Virus record (IMG/VR): IMGVR_UViG_3300028925_010764
Reading direction: 5' to 3' (one strand)
DNA from: an uncultured virus (IMG/VR IMGVR_UViG_3300028925_010764)
Lineage: Duplodnaviria > Heunggongvirae > Uroviricota > Caudoviricetes
DNA length: 64,000 nucleotides
Positions 26,974-36,154 of the stretch are shown piece after piece. The notes under the pieces were generated by a model. That model had not been told where the DNA came from, did not search any database, and saw only the letters and a program-made list of their open reading frames with translations. Position 1 is the stretch's first letter. Each line of letters starts with the position of its first letter. The position numbers and the translations under genes are program-made.

Positions 26974-27699
26974 ATGAACAGACTAATCGAAGCCGCGAGA
27001 AACGTCGTGGCAAATTGGGAGTCAGGAGATCTCGCTCAAGCAGTGAGGGAACTTGACGCAGCAGCAGCAAATGAACAAGAGGGCCACAGTCTGGAGTCCA
27101 TCGTGCTCAATGTAGCCGGGGAGATCTTCGGAGCAATGAAGCGGGGAGGACTGAGAGAGGTGGAAGTGGACATGATCGCGGCGGATGATCCGAAGGCACT
27201 GGCCGAATGGGTCAACCAAGCATCACTCCACCACTACTTGTTTCAGATCGCCTACCCGAAGATGGATGACGCCTCGAACTTCAACAAAGAAGGGGAGGCG
27301 ACACCGGAGCACGCTCAAGAGTATGCCAACGGACTTGACGAGTTCGAGGCGGCACTGATGGACGTGATCGATCCGACCGTCTTCAATTGTACTCGTTGTG
27401 GCGCGACGACTGACCTACGCAACAACGATCTATGCGGTGCGTGCAACGCATTGGAAGATCCTGTTCCTGAAGGCATGGACCCTCCGAAGCCTGGGGAGTG
27501 TCCGTCCGATGACTGCCCGTCGTATGACGAGCCACCGGGTGACACGTTCAAGACCAGTGACGGTTACACACTGTCACGAAAGCCTCGATTCTGGGGCAAC
27601 GAATACTACTGGACCGATGGCGACCTGTCCTTCCGTGACGTAGGAGGATGGCCGGTAGATGAAGACGGCGGCGTGCGACTCGTGCCGTTCCATAAATAA
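26974..27699 (+). CDS. Modular hypothetical protein; shares a domain with 34552-34929
   Basis: AAGGACCAAC before the ATG at 26974 (alternative start 26893); VAGEIFGA...LHH.L.Q.AYP...GLDEFE domain plus CxxC motifs. Confidence 0.7.
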   Translation: MNRLIEAARNVVANWESGDLAQAVRELDAAAANEQEGHSLESIVLNVAGEIFGAMKRGGLREVEVDMIAADDPKALAEWVNQASLHHYLFQIAYPKMDDASNFNKEGEATPEHAQEYANGLDEFEAALMDVIDPTVFNCTRCGATTDLRNNDLCGACNALEDPVPEGMDPPKPGECPSDDCPSYDEPPGDTFKTSDGYTLSRKPRFWGNEYYWTDGDLSFRDVGGWPVDEDGGVRLVPFHK

Positions 27700-27702
27700 C
27701 CC

Positions 27703-27719
27703 AGTGGATTAAATCCACT
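27703..27719. promoter_or_regulatory. GATT-N-AATC palindrome
   Basis: AGTGGATTAAATCCACT, a perfect intergenic inverted repeat. Confidence 0.65.
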
Positions 27720-27737
27720 CAACCAAGAAAGAAAGAC

Positions 27738-28013
27738 ATGAAGAACTACTACGCAAAGGTCTGGTCTTGCGGGCCTGCTGTCCGTGAATCACGAGACCGA
27801 TACAATCGGCGAACCACGCGGAACGCCGTCAACGTCTACCGCTTTGACTCCCGCGATGAACGGGATAAGTCGGTGGAAGACTACACTGCACCCAACCATT
27901 GCCCTCAAGCCTACGCTGAGGCGGTGAATTGCAAGGATGAAGATGTTCGTTGGGCGAACAGTGAACCGGAGGAACGATTCTTTGAAGTCTTTGAATCAGG
28001 AGACTTCAAGTAA
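27738..28013 (+). CDS. Hypothetical protein
   Basis: Purine-rich leader; in-operon. Confidence 0.65.
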   Translation: MKNYYAKVWSCGPAVRESRDRYNRRTTRNAVNVYRFDSRDERDKSVEDYTAPNHCPQAYAEAVNCKDEDVRWANSEPEERFFEVFESGDFK

Positions 28014-28035
28014 CCAGAAAGGAAGAAGGACCAAC

Positions 28036-28470
28036 ATGAAAGTGACAGTGAACGAGGGACAACGCTTCCCTCAAGAAGAAGTCCTCGCCATGTGCGAGGC
28101 CATCAACACCACCGGCCTGACCACCCTCAAGGGCGGCGAGCTCCACCACACTCAGCGCGAGCTGAACTACGAACCCGAGAGGGACTGGGTGTGGGTCAAC
28201 ACCAACCTGAGTCGCGACGATGAAGCGCGGGCCTGCCTCAAGGCCATCGGCTTCAGGTTCAGCAGCTCCAAGGCTCACCCATCCCAATGGGGCAACGCCT
28301 GCCTCAAGCCGAAGCGGTTCAGAGGCAACGCCACCAAGGCCAAGGCCGGCAAGTCGTCGGCGCCCAACACCGAGGACGAGGACAAGCCCAGCCGGGCCGC
28401 ACTCACCTCTCAACCGAAACCACGTCCAGATGCTGGCATCCTTGCAATGCTGGACCAGCTCAACAAATAG
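28036..28470 (+). CDS. Hypothetical protein
   Basis: AAGGACCAAC-ATG at 28036; WVWV...LKAIGFRFS motif. Confidence 0.7.
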   Translation: MKVTVNEGQRFPQEEVLAMCEAINTTGLTTLKGGELHHTQRELNYEPERDWVWVNTNLSRDDEARACLKAIGFRFSSSKAHPSQWGNACLKPKRFRGNATKAKAGKSSAPNTEDEDKPSRAALTSQPKPRPDAGILAMLDQLNK

Positions 28471-28479
28471 GAAGACACC

Positions 28480-30123
28480 ATGGAAACAGACAAAGTATCG
28501 AAGCTCTGGAACGAGAGCGCAGACAAGGGAGAACTCACCAAGGACATCGGTATCCTTCAGCGCCTGCTGTGGCTATCGGATCCGATGGATCACACCTCAC
28601 CCCTCAAGAGCGAAAAGGAACAGTTCGACTTGATGGCCAAGGTCAACGCCCACATCGCACACCGGCTGAAGATCGGCACGTTCACGGCAATGATGATGTC
28701 GAGTGCCATCGACGAGGACAAGAGGTACGCCATCCTCGACAACCTCGCTCGATGCTGCCACGGCACCGCGGAATGGGAAGGGTCGTCAGGAAACGGCGCC
28801 AAGACACGGGCCGAGCTCTCGGAACCTCCGACACCATCCGTGGCAGAGCCCCCGAAGACGGTCATCCCGCCGCGGCCTGCGCCTGAACCCAAGCTGACGG
28901 TGCCGCGCCTGCTGCGGGAGTTCATCCCGAAGCAGCAAGCCAGTGCGATCCGGTCCTGTATGCAAGGGGAGGAAGGCAAGCACTTCTCCGACATGCTCGC
29001 CGGGTGGGTGTCGAAGATCAAAGCCATGCCGTTGTATTACAGTCAGGAGAAGATCCCGAACGATGAGAAGGTGGTGCACCTCCACTACTTCTCCTCGAGC
29101 ATGGACTGGTATATCACGGAGATGGACCCCGAGGCGTTCACTCCGGACGAGGACTACCCGCAAGGGCCAGGTCCGAATCGGGTGTTTGGCCTGTCCTGTA
29201 TGCAGTGCAACGAGTGGGGGCCTATGAGCATCCTTGAGATGTGCGAGAGCACTCAGGTCACCTTTGACGAGGACTGGAAGGCAAAGACCATCGGTGAGAT
29301 CTTCACTGACAAGGAGACTGCCGGCGATGATGACTGCCCTGACTGCGGCGTTATCATGTGTGACCCGTGCGCTGCTCGTGCTGATCGCCACGAGCAGAGT
29401 CTGCTCGACGAGGGCAAGGAAGTGAAGGCGTGCCAGTTTTGCAGCCTGCCTGTCACTGAGGAAGGCATGGAGATCTGCGACTCGTGCAATCCAACCGAGC
29501 CCACCGATGAGTGCAGCGCCTGCCGTCGCGTTAAGGTGACCGGCGCCATTATGCACTGCGTTCCCTGCGGTGAAGAGATCCGCTCAATGGAGGTGGCAGA
29601 GAAGGAGCTCAAGGAGGACAACGAGGCAGAGGGCGAGGTGAAGGACATCGAAGGTGGCATGATCGGGGATGCCATCCCTCTGATTCCACGCCGTGACGAG
29701 GCAGGCAATGTCCGATGGGACAAGCCTGTGCTGACCCCTGCTGACGTCGATGCCGAGGTGCAGGCCGTCGAGGAGGCACTGTTCCCTCACGCAACGGTCG
29801 ACGACCCCTACATCCAAGGTCAGAAGGATGACATCGAGGAGGTCATCAACCCGGCGAAGGCATCATGCGACAAGGTGGTTGAATGCGAGCCGGATAAGAA
29901 TAGCCGGTGGATTGAAGCGAGACTTCTCGACATGGAGGTCAGCTTGGAGAAGCGCATCGTCTTCGAGATTACGGAACAGACCGCCTCGTTCAACGCGATC
30001 CTAACCAATGCAGTGGACGAGCTCAACGAGCGAGCGACGACACGAGACGAACTCCAGATGATGGAGCTTAGGAAGACACTCAAGAACATGACGTTCAAGA
30101 TCACAACCCAACCCTCCGATTAA
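28480..30123 (+). CDS. Multidomain protein with a DUF2958-like domain and several CxxC pairs
   Basis: HLHYF..SMDWYITEMD...FGL....EWG..SI.E resembles DUF2958; followed by six CxxC pairs. Confidence 0.65.
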   Translation: METDKVSKLWNESADKGELTKDIGILQRLLWLSDPMDHTSPLKSEKEQFDLMAKVNAHIAHRLKIGTFTAMMMSSAIDEDKRYAILDNLARCCHGTAEWEGSSGNGAKTRAELSEPPTPSVAEPPKTVIPPRPAPEPKLTVPRLLREFIPKQQASAIRSCMQGEEGKHFSDMLAGWVSKIKAMPLYYSQEKIPNDEKVVHLHYFSSSMDWYITEMDPEAFTPDEDYPQGPGPNRVFGLSCMQCNEWGPMSILEMCESTQVTFDEDWKAKTIGEIFTDKETAGDDDCPDCGVIMCDPCAARADRHEQSLLDEGKEVKACQFCSLPVTEEGMEICDSCNPTEPTDECSACRRVKVTGAIMHCVPCGEEIRSMEVAEKELKEDNEAEGEVKDIEGGMIGDAIPLIPRRDEAGNVRWDKPVLTPADVDAEVQAVEEALFPHATVDDPYIQGQKDDIEEVINPAKASCDKVVECEPDKNSRWIEARLLDMEVSLEKRIVFEITEQTASFNAILTNAVDELNERATTRDELQMMELRKTLKNMTFKITTQPSD

Positions 30124-30131
30124 ATCGGAGG
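30113..30131. promoter_or_regulatory. GATT-N-AATC palindrome
   Basis: CCTCCGATTAAATCGGAGG spanning the stop codon. Confidence 0.65.
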
Positions 30132-30153
30132 TCAACCCAAGGAAGAAAAGACA

Positions 30154-30855
30154 ATGATTAAGATACCGACATCGTTTAAACCGACACACGCCTCCCACTT
30201 TGTGGGCCCGGCCGGTCGACTCGCACACCTCCTCGCTCACAAGTTCCGGCGGATCGAGGGGAACAAGGAAGCATCGTATTCCGCCATCCTTCACGGCCCG
30301 CCAGGCACGGGGAAATCCTCCGTGTGTCTCGCGGCTGCTGCGTGGCTCACGAACCATACCTGCATGGTCGAACAGCTCAACGGCCAGAGCACAACCATCG
30401 ACGTCGTCCGACAGTGGCGCGACAACTTCTGCTACATCCAGACAGGGTGGAAGGTGGTTGTTATCGACGAGGTGTGCAAGTCCAGCTTGGCGGCAGTCGC
30501 TGAGATGCTCACCCTGATCGACACCAAGCCTCCGATGGTGGCGTTCCTCATGACCACGAACAGAGATCCCGAGAAGGACATGTTCCACGGCAAGGACACG
30601 GCGGCTCGGATCGAGAAAGCCCGCATCAATGGGGATCCCATGCCTCCGGAGGAGCTGCTTCGCATGGCGTTCCAGTCTCGGGTGTTCGCCCATCAGGTGG
30701 ACAAGCCGAACACTGACGAGATCAGAGCCATGGTGTGGGAGTGGATCAAGAACGACCTCGGCGCTGACGCTATCGCCAACGTGGCTGATGGCAACGTGCG
30801 TCTCGCTCTCATCGAGGCCGAGGCATGGCTGGACCGGAAGGCGGTGGGACAGTGA
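30154..30855 (+). CDS. AAA+ ATPase (clamp-loader/RarA-like)
   Basis: HGPPGTGKS, VVIDEV, TTN, FQSR and ADGNVRLAL motifs. Confidence 0.85.
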   Translation: MIKIPTSFKPTHASHFVGPAGRLAHLLAHKFRRIEGNKEASYSAILHGPPGTGKSSVCLAAAAWLTNHTCMVEQLNGQSTTIDVVRQWRDNFCYIQTGWKVVVIDEVCKSSLAAVAEMLTLIDTKPPMVAFLMTTNRDPEKDMFHGKDTAARIEKARINGDPMPPEELLRMAFQSRVFAHQVDKPNTDEIRAMVWEWIKNDLGADAIANVADGNVRLALIEAEAWLDRKAVGQ

Positions 30856-31187
30856 GTGGCGACTGTATGCAGGTGGCGGTGAATACGGTTCTCAACGAGG
30901 CCGATATGCTCCATTGCGTCGGCGTAGTCAGCGGTCAAGGCAGGCTGCTCGGGCATCGCTTCGCTCATGCGTGGGTCGAGACTCCGTCCGGTGATGTGAT
31001 TGATCGCTCCAACGACAAGGACACCAGAGTTCCGAAGGAACTCTACTACATCCTCGGCAATATCAGCCCGGAGCTGGTCCAGCGTTACGCCCGCACCGAG
31101 GTCCGCGATCTCGTTTTGCGCCACGAGCACTACGGCCCATGGGAGCCACTGCTTGAACCAACAACCATAGGTGGAGATGGCTGCTGA
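30852..31187 (+). CDS. Papain/transglutaminase-like fold protein
   Basis: GDC...HAWVE...VID triad-like pattern. Confidence 0.55.
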   Translation: MSGDCMQVAVNTVLNEADMLHCVGVVSGQGRLLGHRFAHAWVETPSGDVIDRSNDKDTRVPKELYYILGNISPELVQRYARTEVRDLVLRHEHYGPWEPLLEPTTIGGDGC

Positions 31188-31341
31188 ACTCTCCCTATTC
31201 GGCAAGCACAACGAACCGTTCTCCCTTATCCGCGACGAGGCAGTGGATGGAGATAGGATCCAACAAGAACGAGAAGCAAAAGAGAAAGCCGCTATCGAAG
31301 CGGACAAACAACAACTCAAACTAAAGGAGACAACGACATGA
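31177..31341 (+). CDS. Small protein (54 aa)
   Basis: Hand translation MAAELSLFGKHNEPFSLIRDE...; ATGA coupling at the end. Confidence 0.5.
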   Translation: MAAELSLFGKHNEPFSLIRDEAVDGDRIQQEREAKEKAAIEADKQQLKLKETTT

Positions 31342-31658
31342 GCCCTGAAGAAAGATCTGAAGAAAGAAAGCTAACACTCGGCAACTTCGATGAATGGATC
31401 GAAGAGGCACGGACCAACCGACACCCGAGCCTTCTCACCCTGCTACGGGTGAAGAACATGCTCAATGAAAGTTACCATCAGGAGCAGGTTACGGTCGTCA
31501 CCCACTGGGAGGCCGGCTACGTCAAGGTGTTCAGTCTGGACAGGAACGCCAACGTCCGCATGATCCACGAGGATGACCCCGAGCAACGGTTCAACGAGCG
31601 GGCTGAGGCTGAGCTGATCGAGCGGGACCAATGCCTCATCGGGACAGAGGAGGTGTGA
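31338..31658 (+). CDS. Hypothetical protein
   Basis: AAGGAG SD. Confidence 0.7.
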   Translation: MSPEERSEERKLTLGNFDEWIEEARTNRHPSLLTLLRVKNMLNESYHQEQVTVVTHWEAGYVKVFSLDRNANVRMIHEDDPEQRFNERAEAELIERDQCLIGTEEV

Positions 31659-32456
31659 GTGAAGGTCAGGCTGGGGATTGACCTCCGGTCTGGCTACATC
31701 AAGAAGGCGCAGCTCCTCAAGGCGCCAGTCCTTCTGTCTGCCAATGCCCTCCGCACGGACAAAGGTGACAAGTGGAAGCGACTCCCCGACTTCGGGGATC
31801 TTGATGTCGCGCTCGACTCCGGAGGATTCGTTGCCGCCATGAATGGTGGCTTCAAGTTCAGCATGACTGAATACCTGGACCTCGTCGAGACGATGGGGCC
31901 CACATGGTATGCGGCCATGGACTACTGCTGCGAGCCTGAGATAGCAGGCGACCGTGACAAGGTGGCCGGTCGGATCGATCAGACGATTGAATCCCTCCGC
32001 GCCATGCTTGTCATGGTGAAGCAGCGAGACATGCAAGAGCCGATGCCCGTCGCCCAAGGCTGGACCCCTGATGAATACGAGGGGTGCCTTGAGAGGATGG
32101 CCGAGCTCTACGATGGAGGATTCCCTCCGCTCATTGGCGTCGGCTCAGTATGCCGGCGACCAGTGCACGGCGACACCGGCCTGTTCAACGTGTTGAATAG
32201 GATAGACCAGTGGCTCGCCGCTCATGGTCACACGACCAAGCTCCACCTGTTCGGAGTCAAAGGACAGGCACTCACGAAACTGCGGGCTTCATTCTCAGAC
32301 AGAGTGGAGTCCACGGATTCTTTCGCTCATGCCATGCGTGCTCAGTGGGCAGCATGGGAAGCCAGACGCTCTGGTGATGAGCCCATAAACCGAGTGGATC
32401 ACATGGAATTGTGGTACCACAAGAACACCCCAAAACAACGGTCCCTTTGGGACTAG
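31659..32456 (+). CDS. tRNA-guanine-transglycosylase-like (DpdA/DUF7221-like) protein
   Basis: VALDSGGF, MDY.CEP, PVAQGW....Y, GVGSVCRR, LHLFGVKG and S.DS motifs of TGT-like barrels. Confidence 0.8.
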   Translation: MKVRLGIDLRSGYIKKAQLLKAPVLLSANALRTDKGDKWKRLPDFGDLDVALDSGGFVAAMNGGFKFSMTEYLDLVETMGPTWYAAMDYCCEPEIAGDRDKVAGRIDQTIESLRAMLVMVKQRDMQEPMPVAQGWTPDEYEGCLERMAELYDGGFPPLIGVGSVCRRPVHGDTGLFNVLNRIDQWLAAHGHTTKLHLFGVKGQALTKLRASFSDRVESTDSFAHAMRAQWAAWEARRSGDEPINRVDHMELWYHKNTPKQRSLWD

Positions 32457-32467
32457 AAAGGAAAGAC

Positions 32468-33976
32468 ATGAAAGACTACACACTAGCTGACCTGTTCTGC
32501 GGAGCAGGAGGCACATCGACAGGTGCGATGCAGGCAGTGGAAGAGGCGGGCATGAAGCCCTCCCTCTTGGCTGTCAATCACTGGGAGCGTGCGATCGAGA
32601 CGCACACTCTCAACCACCCCGAACACCGGCACCTCTGCCAGAACATCGAGCAGATCAGGCCGCGCGAATACTTCAGGCCCAAGGGTCCGAAGCGGGGCTC
32701 TGAACTGCCCGAGCTCAACGGACTGTGGGCCTCACCCGAATGCACTCACCACTCGGTGGCGCTGGGCGGCCGGCCGGTCAACGATCAGAAGCGTTGCACT
32801 GCATGGAACGTGACCAACTGGGCAGAGCAGCTCCGTCCGGACTTCATCTGGGTGGAGAACGTGCCCGAGTTCCAGAACTGGGGGCCCATCGGATCGGACA
32901 ATCAGCCGCTCAAGTCAGGCAAGGGAAAGATATTCCATGCGTGGCTGGCTACCTTGCGTGGCATCGGCTACAAGGTGGACTATCGTGTGCTGCGGGCTGC
33001 TGACTACGGCGACCCCACCACACGGCAGCGCCTGTTCGTCGTCGCTGCACTGGGGAACCGCAAGATCGTGTGGCCTGACCCCACCCATGCCAAGGTGCCC
33101 GACCCGGACGACATGTTCGAGAGCCGGGAGCCGTGGCGCACTGCACGGAACGACGTCATCGACTGGACTATCGAGGGGACACCACTCGAAGACAGGGTCC
33201 GACCGCTTGCTCCGAAGACGTACGATCGCATCATCAATGGACTGTTCCGGCATGGACTCAACCCGACCGTCGTCGGCATCGACAACGGATCAGGGATGCA
33301 CGTCCGAGGCGTGGATGCCCCGCTCTCGACCATCACCACCAAGCAGAGGCACGCATTGGTGAAGCCCTACCTGGTGAAGTTCCGCGGGCAGCAGGCGGGC
33401 GAGTCACTTGACAATCCCCTTACCACCATCACGGCAGGCGGTAAGCACCATGGACTGGTCGAACCCTACCTCATACCGCAGATGCGGCGCACGCCCGACA
33501 GGTCGGTCGACCTCCCCTTGTCAACGGTTACGACAACGACCCGGGGCTATGGCTTGTGCGAGCCCTACTTGGTGAAGGTCAACCACGGCGGCGACAGTGA
33601 CAGGTCTATGAGCCTCGATAAACCGATGGGCACGGTGACATGCAAGAATGGCACCGCGTTGATCCAGCCCTACCTCGTGAAGTTCTACGGGGCAGACAAG
33701 CACGGGCAGCCCATCACTGAGCCGCTCGACACAGTCACCACCAAGGGCCGGTTCGCCTTGGTTGTGCCCACCCTCAAGGAGAATGAACCCGACATCTTTG
33801 AGATCTCATTCAAGTTCCGGATGCTGGCAGCACACGAGCTGGCCGCAGCGCAGGGCTTCATGCCTGACTACCAGTTCGCCGGCAACAAGAGTGAGATCGT
33901 AAAGCAGATAGGCAACGCAGTCCCTCGCCGGTTGGCAAGGGCGATAGTGCGGGCCTCGATAACACAAACCCCATAG
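32468..33976 (+). CDS. DNA (cytosine-5) methyltransferase with repeated internal units
   Basis: DLFCGAGG, SPECTHHS, ENVPEF, R.RLF and QIGNAVP motifs. Confidence 0.93.
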   Translation: MKDYTLADLFCGAGGTSTGAMQAVEEAGMKPSLLAVNHWERAIETHTLNHPEHRHLCQNIEQIRPREYFRPKGPKRGSELPELNGLWASPECTHHSVALGGRPVNDQKRCTAWNVTNWAEQLRPDFIWVENVPEFQNWGPIGSDNQPLKSGKGKIFHAWLATLRGIGYKVDYRVLRAADYGDPTTRQRLFVVAALGNRKIVWPDPTHAKVPDPDDMFESREPWRTARNDVIDWTIEGTPLEDRVRPLAPKTYDRIINGLFRHGLNPTVVGIDNGSGMHVRGVDAPLSTITTKQRHALVKPYLVKFRGQQAGESLDNPLTTITAGGKHHGLVEPYLIPQMRRTPDRSVDLPLSTVTTTTRGYGLCEPYLVKVNHGGDSDRSMSLDKPMGTVTCKNGTALIQPYLVKFYGADKHGQPITEPLDTVTTKGRFALVVPTLKENEPDIFEISFKFRMLAAHELAAAQGFMPDYQFAGNKSEIVKQIGNAVPRRLARAIVRASITQTP

Positions 33977-33991
33977 TGGATTCAATCCACT
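33975..33991. promoter_or_regulatory. GATT-N-AATC palindrome
   Basis: AGTGGATTCAATCCACT at the stop of the C5-MTase gene. Confidence 0.65.
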
Positions 33992-34008
33992 GTTTAGAAA
34001 GGACAACA

Positions 34009-34338
34009 ATGAAAGAACTCAGATCAGCAGCATTAGCAGCAGTGAACGCCAGTCACCGAGGACAGTATCAAGAGGCCACGGAATTATTATCCTTAGCTCT
34101 CGCCAAACTCGAAGAACAGGAGTGCATCGAGCGAAAGCTCAACGAGGTCGGCTTCGCCTTCCCTGTCCGGACGGCGAGCAAGGACGATCCACGAGGCCGT
34201 GAGTATGGCTGGTTTACGGCGTCACCGCGGATTAACACGGTGAAGGTCACGCACAAGACAGATAGTGCGGTTTACGAATGGACTGCCACCTTCCCTACGT
34301 TCGCCGACTTCAGTGAATGGGCAAAGGACAACTCATGA
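34009..34338 (+). CDS. Hypothetical protein
   Basis: AAGGACAAC leader before the ATG at 34009. Confidence 0.7.
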   Translation: MKELRSAALAAVNASHRGQYQEATELLSLALAKLEEQECIERKLNEVGFAFPVRTASKDDPRGREYGWFTASPRINTVKVTHKTDSAVYEWTATFPTFADFSEWAKDNS

Positions 34339-34559
34339 CCCTGGACGAAGCACGCAAGGAGGCACAAGCCTACGCCGACAAGCACCAGATAGTCTTAGCG
34401 GTGGTCCACGACCCAACGTCTATGGAAGACTGGCAAACCGAGGAGGAAGCATACAATTACTGCGCTCCAAACGCAGTAGACCTGATGTTCGGGCCCGGGC
34501 TCCGAGCGAAACTTGCAACACGAATCGAAACCATCACACCGAAAGGAAGACATGAATAA
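34335..34559 (+). CDS. Hypothetical protein
   Basis: AAGGA SD and ATGA coupling. Confidence 0.65.
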   Translation: MTLDEARKEAQAYADKHQIVLAVVHDPTSMEDWQTEEEAYNYCAPNAVDLMFGPGLRAKLATRIETITPKGRHE

Positions 34560-34929
34560 TATCGAAGGAACTGTAACCATACACGACGGCATCGCCACCA
34601 CTGAGGACGGCACACAAATCAAACTCCAGAGCAGGGAGGAGATAGTGCTCTCCGTGGCCGGGGAGATCTTCGGCGCCATCAAGCAGCACGGGCTGTTGAG
34701 TGCCGACGATCTGGCTGCGTGGGTGAGCGACCAAGGACTCCACCATCACCTGTATCAGCTCGCTTACCCCGAGGTGAACGAGGAAGGCGACGACGCATGT
34801 CCACCGGAGGATGCGACGGACGAGCAGACCGAGGCGGCATCCATGAACTACGCCCGAGGACTCGACGAGTTCGAGGGTGAACTGATGCACATAATCGACC
34901 CGGATAACGACTTCGACGATGAAGATTGA
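34552..34929 (+). CDS. Acidic protein, paralog of the domain in 26974-27699
   Basis: IVLSVAGEIFGA...LHHHLYQLAYP...YARGLDEFEGELMHIIDP. Confidence 0.7.
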   Translation: MNNIEGTVTIHDGIATTEDGTQIKLQSREEIVLSVAGEIFGAIKQHGLLSADDLAAWVSDQGLHHHLYQLAYPEVNEEGDDACPPEDATDEQTEAASMNYARGLDEFEGELMHIIDPDNDFDDED

Positions 34930-35036
34930 CCGAATCGTTCGACGCTCACGCCGTCGACTTGCCGAGCTACTAAAGGGCGGGGACTTCCCGCACGCTCAAA
35001 AACTCAGATCGAAACTGATACCGAAAGGAGAACTCG

Positions 35037-36140
35037 ATGGACCTAAACCTACAATTCGACAAGACGAAGATACCGATGACAGTGTGTAACGGAATGGGAT
35101 GGAACTCGTGGGCCATGCTCGTTGGGATGCACGACCGAGGCATCCGGCCCGACCTGATCATAACTGCCAACACCGGCAGTGAACACAGCGCCACCTACGC
35201 GGCGCAACCACGGCTGCACGAGTGGTTGGAGAAAGTGGGCTTTCCGCCCGTCACATACGTCAGGTATCAGGCCAGCAACTTCAAGAACTGGCCGCCCTAC
35301 CACTCGCTCGAAGACAACTGTCTGACCAACGGCACGCTCCCAAGCCTGGCGTTCGGTGGGCGCAAGAGTTGTTCGGCCAAGTGGAAGGTGACACCGCAGC
35401 TCAAGTTCATGGACACATGGCAGCCAGCCATGGATGCGTGGAACGCTGGCCTCAAGGTGATCAAGTGCATCGGCTTTGACGCCAGCCCGCAGGACGTGAA
35501 GCGGACCAGCACCTATGCCGAACTCCCTCCCAACGAGCGAGAGAAGTATGACATCCAGTATCCCTTACTGGAGTGGGGATGGGACCGGGAGGAGTGCGGC
35601 CGGCAGATCAAGAGGCATGGCCTGTTCTACCCAGAACCCGAACACCTCGGTGTCGCCGGCAAACACGGCGGCCGCTACTACAAGTGTGCATACTGCAACG
35701 GGACAGGCAGGGTCACACGTTACGAACCGCCAGTAGCAGTGCCGTGTCCGGACTGTCAAGACATTGATGAAGGGCCCGGCCTGTGCAAATCCTCCTGCTT
35801 CTTCTGTCCCGCGATGAAGACATGGGAGGTGCGAGCACTGCCCGAGGATGAACTCAAGCGCATCGTGGTGATGGAGGCCCGGGCCGCGCCACGACTGACG
35901 AAGATCCAAGGACTCTGGGGAGTGGGGATCAAGGGAACCAGAGGGGGCGACAAGCGCCCCGGATCGATGACCCAGTTCATTCGAGACGAAGGGCTGTTGC
36001 CCACCGAGGTGATCGACAAGCTGATCGCCGACACGCCCAAGGCAATCGTGTCCTACCAAGAGGGCTACGCCAAAGCACAGCACGACGGGGATCTGGAGAA
36101 GTTCCTCGCCGTTTACGAAGACGACGACTACCGACACTAA
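35037..36140 (+). CDS. PAPS-reductase-like (adenine nucleotide alpha-hydrolase superfamily) protein
   Basis: Variant PP-loop CNGMGWNS, ANTGSE, CS.KWK..P, IGFDA, YPLLEWGWDR..C and KSSCFFCP motifs. Confidence 0.75.
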   Translation: MDLNLQFDKTKIPMTVCNGMGWNSWAMLVGMHDRGIRPDLIITANTGSEHSATYAAQPRLHEWLEKVGFPPVTYVRYQASNFKNWPPYHSLEDNCLTNGTLPSLAFGGRKSCSAKWKVTPQLKFMDTWQPAMDAWNAGLKVIKCIGFDASPQDVKRTSTYAELPPNEREKYDIQYPLLEWGWDREECGRQIKRHGLFYPEPEHLGVAGKHGGRYYKCAYCNGTGRVTRYEPPVAVPCPDCQDIDEGPGLCKSSCFFCPAMKTWEVRALPEDELKRIVVMEARAAPRLTKIQGLWGVGIKGTRGGDKRPGSMTQFIRDEGLLPTEVIDKLIADTPKAIVSYQEGYAKAQHDGDLEKFLAVYEDDDYRH

Positions 36141-36154
36141 AAGAAAGGACCAAC

